A stretch of DNA of 64,000 nt from assembly GCA_028534125.1 (NCBI GenBank), contig CM052817.1, positions 51,214,001 to 51,278,000 on the forward strand. The letters run 5' to 3'. Each line of letters starts with the position of its first letter. Position 1 is the first letter of the stretch. A program made the translations under genes and the position numbers. The DNA comes from Lama glama (lineage: Eukaryota). The notes beneath the pieces were generated by a model. That model did not search any database. It was not told the DNA's origin and worked only from the letters and a program-made list of their open reading frames with translations. Below are positions 38,295 to 51,440 of the stretch, piece by piece.

Positions 38295-40640
38295 TTGAAA
38301 ATTTCACTCGATGAGATTAAGCGTTGACTAGATACTGTAAGAGAAAGGCTCACTGAACACATAGCAATAGAAATTAATCAAAATGTAGTAGACCCACTAT
38401 AGAAACAGTATGGAAGTTTCTAAAAAATTTTAAAAATAAAACTTAAAAAAATCAAAATGAAAGTTACAGAATAAGAGAGAAAGAAACCAATGAAAAGAGC
38501 TTAAATGGTCTTGAGATATAATTCTAATGTATATTTAATTAGAGTCAAAAGAAGAGAAGAAAGAGAGCAGGGGAGAAAACTTTCTAAATTGAATACTTTT
38601 CAAAATGTATTAAATTTTACAAAAAAATATACATTCACTGAACTAAGAATCTCAACCAATCTCAAGCAGATAAACACAAAAAGAATTACATCAAGGTAAG
38701 TTAGTAAAATTTTGCTGAAAAACAGTGATTAAAAAAAAAAGTTTTCAAAGTTGACTTGGTGGGAGGTTGGCCGGGGGATATATACTGAAAAACAAACAAA
38801 AAGAAATAACTGTACTTCTGGTCACACCCAGTGAAAGCAGGAAGGCAACAGGCCAACTTAAAATATTAAACTCAGATAAAAACTGCCAGCTTGGAATCTA
38901 AACATAACAAAAATATGTTTTCAGAAATGGAAGGGTGCATAAGTATTTCTCAGTAAGTAAAACATGAGATAACCTATTATTGGCAAACTTTCAGTACAAA
39001 CAGTATTAATGGCATTTTTTTCATGCAGTAAGAAATTATCAGGTGGAAAGTTGAAATTTACAAGGAAAATTAAAGAGCGATGGATGAAAAATATATGAGT
39101 AAATAAAGTGCATTTCCTGTTTGTGAAAATTTTCTTAATTGCATGGTGATGTTTATATACAAAAGAAAAGGTATGACAACATGAGGATGGATGAGAATAA
39201 TAGACAGTGGTTTACTGTGCATACTCTGGTACATTTGTTAAATTACATTTGAGGTTGCTTAAAATTATTTGAAGTTAGACAGTGGTAACTGAGAGATGTA
39301 CCTTTTAAACTATAGAGCATCCATTAAAAAAACTTATTTAAAAAGTATAGCTAAATAAGCTAATAGAAAAATTGGCATGCTAGAAGTACTCAACTCAGAA
39401 TAAGGCAGGCAAGGAGGAAAATAAGAAAAAAGAAAAGATGTGACAAAATTCTGAGGTGAAGACTTAAACCCAATCAAATAATAGTATTAAATAGAAATTA
39501 TCTAAACACTCCAATTAAAATAGAAGCCTTAACAGATTGGATTAATAACAATAAACAACTGGATGTTGTCTATAGAAACTTACTTTAAATATCAAGAAAG
39601 GTAGAAGTTAAAACAAATGAAGAAAGATATACTATACCATGTAAACATTAAGTCCAAAATGACTGGAATGACTATATTAGTATCAAGGTTTTTAGATTTC
39701 AGACTAAGGAATATTTTCTGGAATGAAAAGGAATATTTCATATTTATAGAGTGACAGTTCATCAAAAAGAAATGACAATCCTAAACATACGCACTTATGA
39801 CAAAGTCTAAGCTGAGGTAACTGAAGAAGGAGATAGACAAATCTACAATTATATTGGCAATGTCAGTACTTTTCTCTGTTAATCATAGAAAGTAGATAAA
39901 AAAAATTGATGAGATACAGAAGATATAAATTGGGGCTAAACAACATTTATATATCATGCTACCTCAAAATAACATTTTCTTTTCAAGTTGAAATGGAGCA
40001 TTCAACAAGATGGATCATTTGTTGGACTAGTAAATGTCTCAATATATTTAAAATGTCTTAAATAGTGAAATAGTACAGAGTATCTTCTCTTAACAAATGA
40101 AATTAAATTGTAAACTCCATTAATTCACAGAAAAATTTTTAAAACACATTTGGAAGAACAATATTGTTTAAAAATTCAGAAAATATGAATTTAAAAATTC
40201 ATATTTCCTGTGAGTAAAAATTAAAGCAACTAATTCAAATTTTTAGTAAAGTGGTGCTTAAAGAGAAAATTATAGCTTAAAATATTTATATTGGAAAAGA
40301 AAAAAATGAGCTATCAGTTACTATTACACACCAACTAGAAAGACTGAAATTAAATTTTTAAAAACTGAAAATACTAATTTTGGGGAGACTGTGGAGTTAC
40401 AGGGTATCTAATGCATTTTACTGGTGGGAAAGTAAAATTGTACATTTTTTAAAAAACAGTTTGATTGTTTCTTAAAATTAAAAATATATATACAATTACC
40501 ATGAACCTATCAGTTTCTATCCTTTAGTTGCATTTGTCCAACCAAAGTAACATGTTCTTATGAAACTGTAGAAACATGTTTATGGCAGCTTTATTCATTA
40601 TAGAAATGATCAGTGAAAGTACTTGGAATACCATATTTAA
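38295..40640 (+). mobile_element. Ancient L1 remnant (ORF1, endonuclease-region ORF2, then a C-terminal piece)
   Basis: ORF1-like atagcaatagaaattaatcaaaatg. EN-like ctaaacactccaattaaaa...cagattggatt and ctggaatgactatattagtatca. 3' piece from about 40320. Confidence 0.75.
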
Positions 40641-40739
40641 GAAAAGATGATGCAGAACAAACCAAGAAGAAAGTATCAGAGAATCTGAAAGTAAAGGAGG
40701 TATGTCTAGATCATAGAGAGAAAAAAAGAAAAATGTTTT

Positions 40740-40870
40740 CAATAATTGAGTAAGTAGCATTGCTATATCATACAGAGACTAAGTAAAACAAGGCCTAGGG
40801 AGCAATCACTTGGGTTTGTAAGTAGGTGTCATTGATAGCCTTGGCAAGAGAAGTTTTATTACACTGGTCA
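40740..40870 (-). mobile_element. L2 fragment
   Basis: cagagactaagtaaaacaaggcct...gtcattgatagccttggcaagagaagttt. Confidence 0.6.
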
Positions 40871-43561
40871 ATTTAAAGCAGGTTTTGAATGTTAATAACA
40901 ACACAGAGAAAGCATATGTGACTTGGCTGTTGATGGAATGCTGGAGACAGGAGTAGGAAAGACAGAGGAGCACACTTTTTCATGGCAAGGTTTCTGTTGG
41001 GATTTAGATGAAAAAGACTAGTGTTAAAATGGTGTCTTGCTTAAAAGGAATGTTTTCCAACTACTTATGGGAAATGAATAAATAGTGAGAAGAAAATAGG
41101 GCATGATTCTAAATCTTAGTTTTGCGACTTTGAATACATTTCTTCCTGCAACATTTTATATAATACCTAAAAACATGGAAATACAAGTTGCCAGATTGGA
41201 TTTTGTAACCTGAAAATCTATCTCATAATATCTATCTCCTTAGACTAGCATTATCATTTGAAACTATAACCAATAAGTATCAACTTTAGGATGGCATCAA
41301 GCCACTGTACATTCCTTCTTGAGAGTATAACTTACAATTATATATATTCATCTCCTTTCTTGTTAACGAACATTAACTTAGGCACAGACAAATTTCTAGG
41401 AAATTTTGAAAAAACTCATTACAGGAATCAAGCAAATGTCACGATTCATCTGTTTCTGGCATGCAGTTTTAGCTTGTCAACAGTAAGACTGACATAGATA
41501 GTAGTTTCATGCTTCTGCTAAAGCAATGATCTGAATACCGATCGTGGATTTTGACTGCAGATGTTAGAAGCAAACCATTTCTAACAGATGTATAATCTGA
41601 TTAAATATGCAATGTGATGATATTGTCAAAACCTATTAATCACTCTTTCAGGACACATTAGTGTAGGCTTTACTGACAGCTGTGAGGATTGGAATGTCTC
41701 TGCAGTTGCAGGTACTCATCCACACTATCCAATGGATCTTAAAAGGAAAAATAATGATAGGAAAGTGCAGAGCATAATTAAATGTTGGATGTTGTTTTTT
41801 GCATCATTAGAGAGAAGCAATACATAGTTTTTTCCTCCAATAATGTTTATCCTACCTGCATTTATTTGCTTCTTACACCAAAATTGCAGGGATTGCTTTA
41901 TGTCATGCTGGGACTAATTCAAAAATTCTGATACAGAGTTGAACCTCCCACATGCATATATTAGGATGCAGTCCCATGACTGATGATTGTACAATATGTA
42001 TTCACAGGTGAATAGTGGCAAAGCCTTGTTTCCCACTGAGAATGCTAACAAGTATTGATTTCTCAGCCATTGACACACACAGGTGCTGTAATTTATTTTG
42101 GAAAGGGCAGCACCTTAATTTTATGATCATCAGCCCCCAGATCTTATTTTTGTCCTTGGTTCACTCTTAAAGAGTTTGGGATTCCTGACAGTATTAATGA
42201 TCTTTACTAAAACTAAACAATTGTTTGCCAATATGTAATCCAAATGTTCTCACACTGAACTATTCTGAGTTTCAGAATTTTTAGACCCTAATTTGTTACA
42301 AATCGACAGCTCAATTACAATCAAAGTTCAGTCTTTTTTCAATTCTCTCATACTCATTTAAGAAATACAATGCATTAGCAATGACCAAATTTTCAAAGAC
42401 TGAGCTGCTCAAGTGTCATGATATGAAGAAACATGGCAGTGAGTCTCTGAGCTAACTAGAACAATCAAAGGAAAAAGAACAAAAACGTACTTCAGTTCTC
42501 AAACCATCCATTCAAGCTTGAATTGACCAGTTGTTATTTTAAAAGAATAGGAAATAGTAGTGTTAGCAATCATTCCTTCTAGGTCTCTCAGGGAAAGGAA
42601 GCTCTTACCTTCTACTCTTCTCCTTTAAGATATGTGTTACTGATCATAGATACTATTTTGCAGTTTCCTATACCATGATGTGATTATGCTGGATCCCTAC
42701 CAAAATGTTTTTCTTAGGGAGAAATCTACTGCATTAAGTTAAGCCTAAAAATGCCTCCCTTAGCTGTAGAATATGTGCCATAGCAACCACATGCTGCTGA
42801 CCAATACTCAGTATCTTCATTTTGTTCCTCCCCAACTGCTGATTAGAAAAGAGGGACCTTGTACTACTCAGATTCATATCCTTTAAGATTGTCATAGTGG
42901 AAATAAGAATTATGTTCCATTGATAAACTAACGTTTAGAAAGGAACATTTGATTATAACTGTGTCAATGATTTATTTTCTGTAAGAAAAAGTTTTAATAA
43001 AAATATAAACTAAATTATCTATGGTCTATTCAGCAAGAATATAGAAAAAGTTGTTACTTTGAGGACTCTGGTATTTAGAACAAATTTATTAATCATCTTC
43101 TTTTCCTTAATTCCTGAATCAAGGTAATCAAAATGAGAAATCTTAATCACTAAATAGGAGAGTCAAGAATAGCCCTGTTTCCAACATCTTCACAATAATT
43201 TCTTGCTTTTCTTCAAAATTTAACCAATAGTAATATTTAGACATTCAACTGCATGTATTAATTTAGGCAGCCTAATAAATCATTAGGTCATTGATTTACT
43301 ATTTTAATGTTACTTTGTACAGCAAGTAATGCAAAGAACTCTGGAATAATCAGGTACTAAAAATTTTAGAAAATCAAAGGAATATATCTGATTTTTCTTT
43401 ACTGTTTACTTTGTTCCAAATTCTAACATCAGAAAAAAATTACCATAAAATCTGCCTCTTTAAAGAGTTAGAATTGGTTTGAAAAATAATTACTACTATA
43501 CAAATATAATAGACTCCATGAAATTAAATACAGTACTCATTACAAAATTAAAAGTAAACCC

Positions 43562-43601
43562 TATAAACTGACTATAACTCAATTTAAAAAAAAGGGGGGG
43601 G
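43562..43601 (+). mobile_element. Ultra-short (about 40 bp) young L1 3' tip
   Basis: taaactgactataactcaa followed by an A8 then G8 tail. Flanked by aagtaaac(c/t)c at 43552-43561 and 43602-43611, at a TT|AAAA site. Confidence 0.75.
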
Positions 43602-44089
43602 AAGTAAACTCATTAAGTAAGAAGTTTCTGGAAAATTCAGTAGCTTTATTCTGGGTTACATCAATCCTCACTATTTTAGGATTTTTCTTTACTTCTAAAT
43701 TTGAAGAAGAAATGAAATAGAGTATAAATATCAAAATGATATTAAATATGGCAAAATGACCATTATTGGCTGTTTAAAAGCTGTAACATTCTTTATAAAC
43801 TTGGATAAAATTCAAGAAGAATATTTTGAAAAGCTACAATGCTCAGTAAAGTGTATCACCTAATTCCAGTAGTTGTAAATGTAGGCACATATGCTGAAGT
43901 AATAGTAAATGAATTTAACTGCAACTCCAACTGCCACCATCCCTGATTTTAACTGGTGTTAAAAGTCATTAGTAAGAGGCAAGACAGACCTGTTTTTGTA
44001 GGCAAGATCACTAGAACAAATAAGAAGCCACCTTTCCAGATTTCAAAAATCACAAAAATATGACAGAATATTAATATCAAATTAAATTA

Positions 44090-44855
44090 AATTGTTACTT
44101 TTATCAAAGCAATGCATGCACATATTTTAAAATGTAAAATAATTCTACAAGGCTTAATCAAAAACAACAATTTCTATTCCTAAATTGCCCACTATTAACT
44201 TCTATTTTTCAAGAGTTTTTACCTTTAACTGTACTTATCTTTCCTTCTAGGACTCAACTCCTTATGCTAAGTATAAATTACAAATATTATTCTCTTTTTT
44301 CCTCTATAGTTTTGGATATTATTTGTTAATTTCTTATAATATAAGCTGAGGATTTTGTTATACTTTTCTCACAACCAAAAGCATATCCCCAGTCACCATC
44401 CTCATCACAACACAGATTCAAATCCCTAGTTCCCCAAACTCAATGTCACAATTTTGGATTATATAAATAGGTGTGGATAGCCACCTTACAGGGTACTGTT
44501 CTCACATTTACCTTCCTGAACAATTCCTGATTCTCTTGGGTTATTAATTGTCTTTATCTTAATTGCTACTAGAGTTATATTAATTTCTCCCAGGCTTTTT
44601 TATAGAATATTTAAACTCATCAGCTATTTGATCAGTTCCTTTTATATGCTTGTAGATAACATTCTCAAAGCACTTATTTTGCCCTTCCAACCACAGAAGG
44701 CCAACTGCTTAGCTCTCATCCTGGAAGTTCTTCGCCACCATCCTAAAGATTCCCTTTACATCTTCCATGATGAATCTTTTTTCCTGGGTACCCTGACTTA
44801 CACTTTCTTGTTTTCTTTCATCATGTAGTGGAACATATTGTTCAGTAGGTTGAGA
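44090..44855 (-). mobile_element. HAL1/L1ME-like remnant
   Basis: ttatcaaagcaatgcatgcacat...ctacaaggctta and gtggaacatattgttcagtag resemble the recalled HAL1 reverse consensus. Confidence 0.5.
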
Positions 44856-45144
44856 GAGTATGGTACTGGTACAAAAACAAATAGACCAATGGAATAGAAT
44901 CAAGAGCTCAAAACTAAACCCAAGTATATGTAGCCAGTATCTGACAAGGGAGTCAAGAACACTCCATGGAGAAAAAAGTCTCTTCAATAAATGGTGCTGG
45001 GATAATCGTATATTCATGCGTAAAAAAATGAAGTTGAACCCGTATCTTATACCACTTACAAAAGTGAACTCAAAACAAATTAAATAAGTAAATATGAAAC
45101 TTAAAACCATGAAAGTCTTAGAATAAACTTAAGAATAAAGCTCC

Positions 45145-45241
45145 CTTCATGTATAACCGAAAAATTGTGCTCTACACTGGAATTTGACAACATTGTAAAA
45201 TGACTATAACTCAATAAAAAATGTTTATATTAAAAAAAAAC
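45145..45241 (+). mobile_element. 97-bp young L1 3' tip with 14-bp TSD, nested in an older L1
   Basis: Near-identical to 11571-11655. TSD aagaataaagctcc at 45131-45144 and 45242-45255, preceded by tt. Confidence 0.93.
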
Positions 45242-45660
45242 AAGAATAAAGCTCCTTAACATGGGTCTTGGTAATGATTTTTTGGATATGACCTCTAAAT
45301 TAAAGGCAACAAAATAAAACACAAGTCAGACTATATCAAGTTAAAATGCTTTTGCACAGCAAAAGAAACCATGAACAAAGTGAAAAGGAAAAGGAAAAAT
45401 ATTTGCAAACCATATATCTGAAAGGGGTTAATATTTGAAATATAAATAATTCATACAATTCAATAGTGAAAAAAATATATATGCATAAAACCCAATTAAA
45501 AGATGGGGAAAAGACCTGAATAGACATTTCCCCAAATAAACATTTTCCCAAAGAAGATACACAAAAGGCCAATGGGTACATGAAAAAACGCTCAGTGTTA
45601 CTAGTCATTAAGGATATCCACGTTAAAATCACAATAAGATAATCACCTCACCCATCATTA

Positions 45661-45727
45661 CCAACACCACCACCACCACCACCACCACCAACAACAACAA
45701 CAAAAACAGAAACAAACAAACAAACAA
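45661..45727. repeat. Compound (CAC)n-(CAA)n-(AAAC)n simple repeat
   Basis: Read directly, inside the L1. Confidence 0.9.
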
Positions 45728-45923
45728 GAAACCCAAGAGTTAAATTCTGGTGTGGATATGGAGAAAAGGGAACCCTTGTGCACTGTTGGTGGGATTGTAA
45801 ATTGGTACAGAAACTATGGACAACAGTTTGGAAGATCTTTAAAAAATTATAAATAAAACTACCATATATTTCAGCAATTCTACCTCCGGGATACCCAAAG
45901 GTTACAAAAATACTAACTTAAAA

Positions 45924-45982
45924 CATTATGAGGTACACCAGAAATCGACACATTATACCTGACCATACTTCAATAAAAAAAA
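45924..45982 (+). mobile_element. About 60-bp young L1 3' tip nested in an older L1
   Basis: gtacaccagaaatcgacaca...gaccatacttcaataaaaaaaa matches 1202-1240 and interrupts the host ORF2 sequence. Confidence 0.8.
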
Positions 45983-46065
45983 GAGTTATCTGCACCTCCA
46001 TGTTCATAGCAGTATTATTTACAATAGCCAAAACATGGAAAAAAACCTATCAATGGATGAATGGA

Positions 46066-46163
46066 TATATATATATCTATGTATCTATATATCTATATCT
46101 ATCTATATGTTTATGTATGTATCTATATGTCTCTCTCTCTATATATATATACACATACATATA
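46066..46163. repeat. TA/TATC-rich low-complexity repeat
   Basis: Read directly. Confidence 0.85.
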
Positions 46164-46634
46164 TCAAAGGAATATTATTCAGCCATAAAAAAGAGAAAGC
46201 CCTACCATTTGTGATAATGTAGATGGACCTTGAAGGCATTATGCTGAGTGGAATAAGTCAGATAGATTTGTGGTTACCAGATGTGGAGGGCAGGGGAAGA
46301 GAGAATTGGAGAAAGGTGACAAAAGATACAAACTTCCAGTTATAAGATAAGTAAGTATCAGGGATGCAGTGTACAGCATGATGACTATAGCTAACACTGC
46401 TGAATGATATACAGTAAAATTGTTAAGAGAGTAAATCCTGTAAGTTTTCATCACAAAGAGAATTTCTTCCTTTTTTTCATTCTTTTCTATTTATTGTATT
46501 CATATGAGAAGATGAGTGTTAGCTAAACTTATTGTGAAATATAATCATTTTACAATATATGTAAATCAACCAATTATGCTGTATGCCTTAAACTTATACA
46601 GTGAAATATGTAAATTATTTATCAATAAAACTAA

Positions 46635-47765
46635 CACTATAAAATTTTTAGAAGAAAATATATAGAAAATCTTCATGACATTGGATTTGGCAATGGTTTC
46701 TTGGTTATGGCACTAAAAGAATGGGCAAAAAAGAAAATAGAGAAATAGTACTTTGTAAGAATAAAAAAAAAAGTGTGCATCAAAGGACACTATCAAGAGA
46801 GTAAAAAGGCAGCCCACAGAACAGGAGAAAATATCTGCAAATCATATAGCTGTTAAAAATTTATATCCAGAATATAAAAAGAACTCCTACAAGTCTACAA
46901 CAACAACACAACAGCATCAAAGCCCAATTTAAAAGGGCACAAGGGGTTTGAATAGATACTTTTCCAAGGAATATTTACTAATGGCCAATAAACACATGAA
47001 AAGATGCTTAACACCACTGATCTTTGGGAAATGCAAATCAAAACCACAATGAGATAACATTTTATGTTCTTTAGGATAAATATTACCAAGAAAACAGAAA
47101 AATAAAAATGTTGGTAAGGATGAGGAAAAATTGGAATGTTTGTGCATTGCTGGTGAGAATGTAAAATGGTGCAGTTATTATAGAATATTACATGGTAGGT
47201 TCTCAAAAAATTAGACACAAAATTACTATATGACTTGGCAATTCCACCTCTAGGCATATACCCAAAAGAACTGAAAACAGGGGCTTGCACCAATGTTTAC
47301 AGCAGTTTTACTTATAATAGCCAAAACATAAAAACCCAAATACCCAATGACAATAAATGGATAAAAATATGTGGAATATATACACAATGGAATAATCTGC
47401 AGACTTAAAAAAGAATGAAATTCTTATACAAGTTCCAATGTGTATGAACCTTAAAATTACCATGTTAAGTGAAATAAGGCAAACACAAAGGACAGATACT
47501 GCTTGATTTTACTTAGATAGGAACCTACAGTAGTCAAACTCACAGTCAGAAAGGAGAATAGCAGTTACCATGGAAAATGGGAAATTATTACTCAATGTGT
47601 ACAGAATTTCAGTTTGGGAAGATGAAAAATTTCTGGACATGGATAATAGTAATGGCTGAACAACAATATAAATGTACTTAATGCAACTAAATTGTATGCT
47701 TAAACATAACATGTTTATGCATAAAATGGTAAGTTTTATGTTATGTATGTTTTACTGCAGTAAAA
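46635..47765 (+). mobile_element. L1MB-type ORF2 C-terminus plus 3' end
   Basis: aaatgcaaatcaaaaccacaatgagata; gcaattccacctctaggcatatacccaaaagaactgaaa; cagtttgggaagatgaaaaatttctggacatggat. Confidence 0.92.
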
Positions 47766-48225
47766 ATGCAAATAACATTATTATGAATACTTCAACTTTA
47801 AAAAAAAATAGAGAATGAGATGAGCAAATTTTTTTCCAAATAGATCAATCTTGGAAAGTACAAGGCAAATTAACAGCAGCTAGTCATGTAAAAACTAAAT
47901 TTGAAAAAAAAATATGGTGGAGGTGAGCATAAATATCCAGAAGTTTTACAAATGTGATTCAATTTATAAAAATTCATTTGTTTATAGTTTTTCAACATTT
48001 CTGCAAAGTAACATATTCTTATTTTTCTTGATTTCACAGACATAAAAATTAAGGAGGAATGATTATACCAGTATAATTGTCCTTCTACAGAGCCAAGGGT
48101 TCTTTGAGCAAGGACTATAAAAGAGTGGAGTTGAGAATAGCTTATAAATAGTACATAATATTGAACCACAAGAGACTGTAGGTATCCAGGGATCCACTTT
48201 GTAGACAATAACAAAGCAGACATTC

Positions 48226-48806
48226 TGTGCAGTGCAATGTTAACTCATCAAGTTTTGGGTGTCCTAATTGTGCACATTCCAAATTGACCTTTGATTGGCT
48301 TCTGGGAGATAACTTTAAGCTCTATTGATATCTTGCCTGACAAAGGCATTTTTACACCTGGGGCCTTTGGCCACACAAAAGAGTTTAGGCTAAATATATG
48401 ACTCATCGCCTTGAGCCATGTGGTATCCACTTGATCTCTGAAGTGGTTGGAGACCGTGTAACCAGGGGCAGTCACACAGGTGCTTCATTCATGTCTGTGA
48501 CCAACCACCAATAAAACTCCTGGACACCTACTCTCAGGTGAGCTTCCCTGGTTGCCAGTACTCCACATGCACACATCACTTCTGGGAGAATTAAGTGACA
48601 TCCATGCAACTCCCCTGAGAGAAGAAAACTGGACACTTGTGTTTGGCCTCTCATGGCTTTGGCTCCCTGCATCTTTTTTCCTTGCTGATTTGAATCTGTA
48701 TTCATTTGCTGTAATAAGCAATCGCCATGTGTATCACAGCTTTTCTGAATTATTTGAGTTCCACCAAATCACTGAAACTGACAGTGGTACTGGGACCAGC
48801 CACACA
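48226..48806 (+). mobile_element. MER21-family solo LTR
   Basis: TG...CA ends. ccaataaaactcctggacacc..caggtgagcttccctggttg and ccttgctgatttgaatctgtattcatttgctgtaataa are typical MER21 blocks. Confidence 0.85.
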
Positions 48807-49069
48807 TAGCCTGAGAAAAGCATCATTCCAAGAGACCATACAAAAGGGAGAATAATTTGTGGAAAACAATGGGAAGGCATCCAGAGACAGGCAAAGCAAG
48901 TAAGTTCAAAAAATCAGTAAAACAGAACCCTCATCCTAGAGTAATTTCTAGAGACGATACTTACAGTGTGTCTGAGTCCTGCTCTATTGTTAGAGAAAAC
49001 CTGATGCAATTAAATTTAGGATTTAAAAAAAATCAAATCTATTCTGACCATGAATATGAAACCTGAGTT

Positions 49070-49310
49070 CTCCATTGTGTATGGCTTAATGGATAAGGGA
49101 GGACTTTAACTCAGGTTACTTGGGCTCTGATTCACGCTTCTCCAATTACTGCCTGGGTATCCTCTGGCAATTTAGACTCACTGTCAGTGTATCAGCTTCC
49201 CACATACACAACAGTGAGATCAATCATGCCAGCTTCATAATTTATGGACATTAAGTAAGTTAATATATGTAAAATGCTTAACCAGGGTCTAGTAAGGGTT
49301 TACTAAATGA
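49070..49310 (+). mobile_element. MIR SINE
   Basis: ttactgcctgggtatcctctggcaatttagact...tcagcttccca...attaagtaagttaatatatgtaaaatgctta. Confidence 0.75.
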
Positions 49311-50356
49311 TTTTTATAATCTCCCCAGAAGGCACTGGAAATAAACAAATTATTGTTTCAGTCTTAAAAAAATTCTATAATGGAATGTTCACCCTTAAGT
49401 TATTCAAATACATAAAAACATATAATTTTTCTTTCTAAAATAACTAGTGTCATTTTATTTTGCATCTGTAAATAATTATTGTTACTGATTTTTAAAGTGT
49501 TACCTTAGAATTCATGGTAAATGTTATCATAGGGCTTTTTTTAGCCCTTTATTCACTAATATGGATCATTGAATATTCCCACTTACTTACAAAGTACCTT
49601 TTAAAAAGTTTATTTATGCCATAAATAAACCAATCTGCATTTGTAAAGTGCTACATGGCTTTCTTCCCTCCCATCTCACACATATGTAGTGATCCTAGAG
49701 CACTGTCATGCATTGGCTGACTCCACAGTCTGGCTTAGAAAAGAAAAAAAGAAAAGGAAATTACACTACTTTTGAGACTGTGCTATTAAAAAATGACTGA
49801 AGAAAGGAAGAAACAGAAGAATGCCTCTGTCACTATCTGTCATGGCTCAGAAGATCCCATTCCAACTGAGGATGCCATTCTTTGTGAAGATGATGTGCCT
49901 GGATGGTGAAATAGAGATGATCCTCCACACTACAGTGACACTCCGCTACACACCCACAGAACAGTGCCATATTCTCTCTTAAGTTCAGCAAGTGTATGTG
50001 AAAGGAAGAATCCCAAGAGTGAGGACACTTTGTTTTATAACTAAGAGAAAGGAAACGGCTCTTGCTTCACTGTTAGGAATTTCAAAGTTTCCTTTTTCAG
50101 TAACTAGCATTAGACTGTGGCTTCTATCAACAATCTCCTGTTTTTTACCATCCACTGCTTCACTCAAACCACAAATTCTGTTCACTGTATCACTTACACA
50201 TTTCTCAAATATATAATTCTTTCACTTGCATTAGCACTAACAGAATATGTGACATTAGTTATCTCCCCTAGTAAATAACAATCTCTTAATATTCACTTTT
50301 GATATGTTTTTAGGGGAAAAAAACACATACAGAAAGTTTTAAATAAAGAAACTTAC

Positions 50357-50897
50357 TGTGTACAAAGAACTCTTAAAACTTAACAATAAGAGAACAGACA
50401 ATTAAGAAGGGCAAAAGACTAACAGACACCTTGCCAAACAAGATATAAAAATGGCAAAAATCACATGAGAAGATGCTCCACATCATGTTATCGAGGGAAC
50501 TGCAAATAAAAACAACAGTGTGACACCACTAAATGCCAATTACAATGGACAAAATCTGGAATACTGACAATACTAAATGCTGGCAAACTGTGGATCAAAA
50601 AGAATTCATGAACTGCTAGTGGGAATGCAATGATACAGCCACTTTGGAAAACAGCCTGGTGACTCTTACCAAACTAAATATAAGCTTATCATATAATCAG
50701 GCAATCATACTCCTTGGTATTTACCCAAAGGAACTGAAAATTTACTTCTACACGAAAACTTCAACATGAGTATTTACAGAAACTTTATTTATAAATTGAC
50801 AAAACCTGGAAGCAACCAAGATGCCCTTCTGTAGGTAAACAAATAAACTGTGGTATATTAAGATAATGGAATATTATGCAGCGCTAATAAGAAACTG
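50357..50897 (+). mobile_element. L1MC-like ORF2 C-terminal fragment
   Basis: tacaaagaactcttaaaacttaacaataag; gatacagccactttggaaaacag; ggaagcaaccaagatgcccttc; aataaactgtggtata. Confidence 0.9.
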
Positions 50898-50984
50898 ATT
50901 ACATCCTTTTGATGCATACCCAGTTTCATAGGCTGAAGACCAATATTAAAACATGACAACATCCACAATAATTAACTGTGATTT

Positions 50985-51440
50985 AACTTTCTAGCCTTAC
51001 TTTCTAATAGTCTCACTTTGTATTATCATGTTTTGGCCACAATGAATTTCTTTCATTATCTGAATTATACCAGATTTTCTTTTCCATAGGTCCTTTGCAT
51101 TATGTTCTTTCCTCTGCTAGAAATGCTATTCAGACAACCTCTTAACTGCTTAATTCCTGCTCATTCTTCAGATCTAGGCAGAAAATGAACTTACTTAGAA
51201 GAGCTTTCCTTTGCTGGCCATAAAAAAAATCTAGTTCCTATTGCTATGTTTTTATTATATATGGTATGTTCCTTCATTCCATATTGATTCCAAATCAAAT
51301 TGATTTGTATAAAATTTGCCTCAGCTGGTAGATTGTAATCTCTGTGAGTTCACAGAATCAATCTATCTTGTCAGTAGCACAACATACAGCACATGGTAGG
51401 TTCTCAAGTAGTATTAAGTTACATGATTGAGTGACTAAGT
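50985..51440 (+). mobile_element. L2 3' end
   Basis: ggtcctttgcattatgttctttcctctgctagaaatgct...cacatggtaggttctcaagta. Confidence 0.75.

Larger units (their letters stand above)
44857..46632 (+). mobile_element. L1 (L1MA-late-like) ORF2 3' third plus 3' UTR, hosting two nested young L1 tips
   Basis: ORF 44860-45087 reads IDQWNRI...KSLFNKWCWDN..KMKLNPYL. Ends tgctgtatgccttaaacttatacagtg...tcaataaaact. Confidence 0.93.

Noticed and set aside
41614..41676. C/D box snoRNA-like pair (GTGATGA ... CTGA)
   Set aside because: No terminal stem and no rRNA/snRNA-complementary guide that I recognise.
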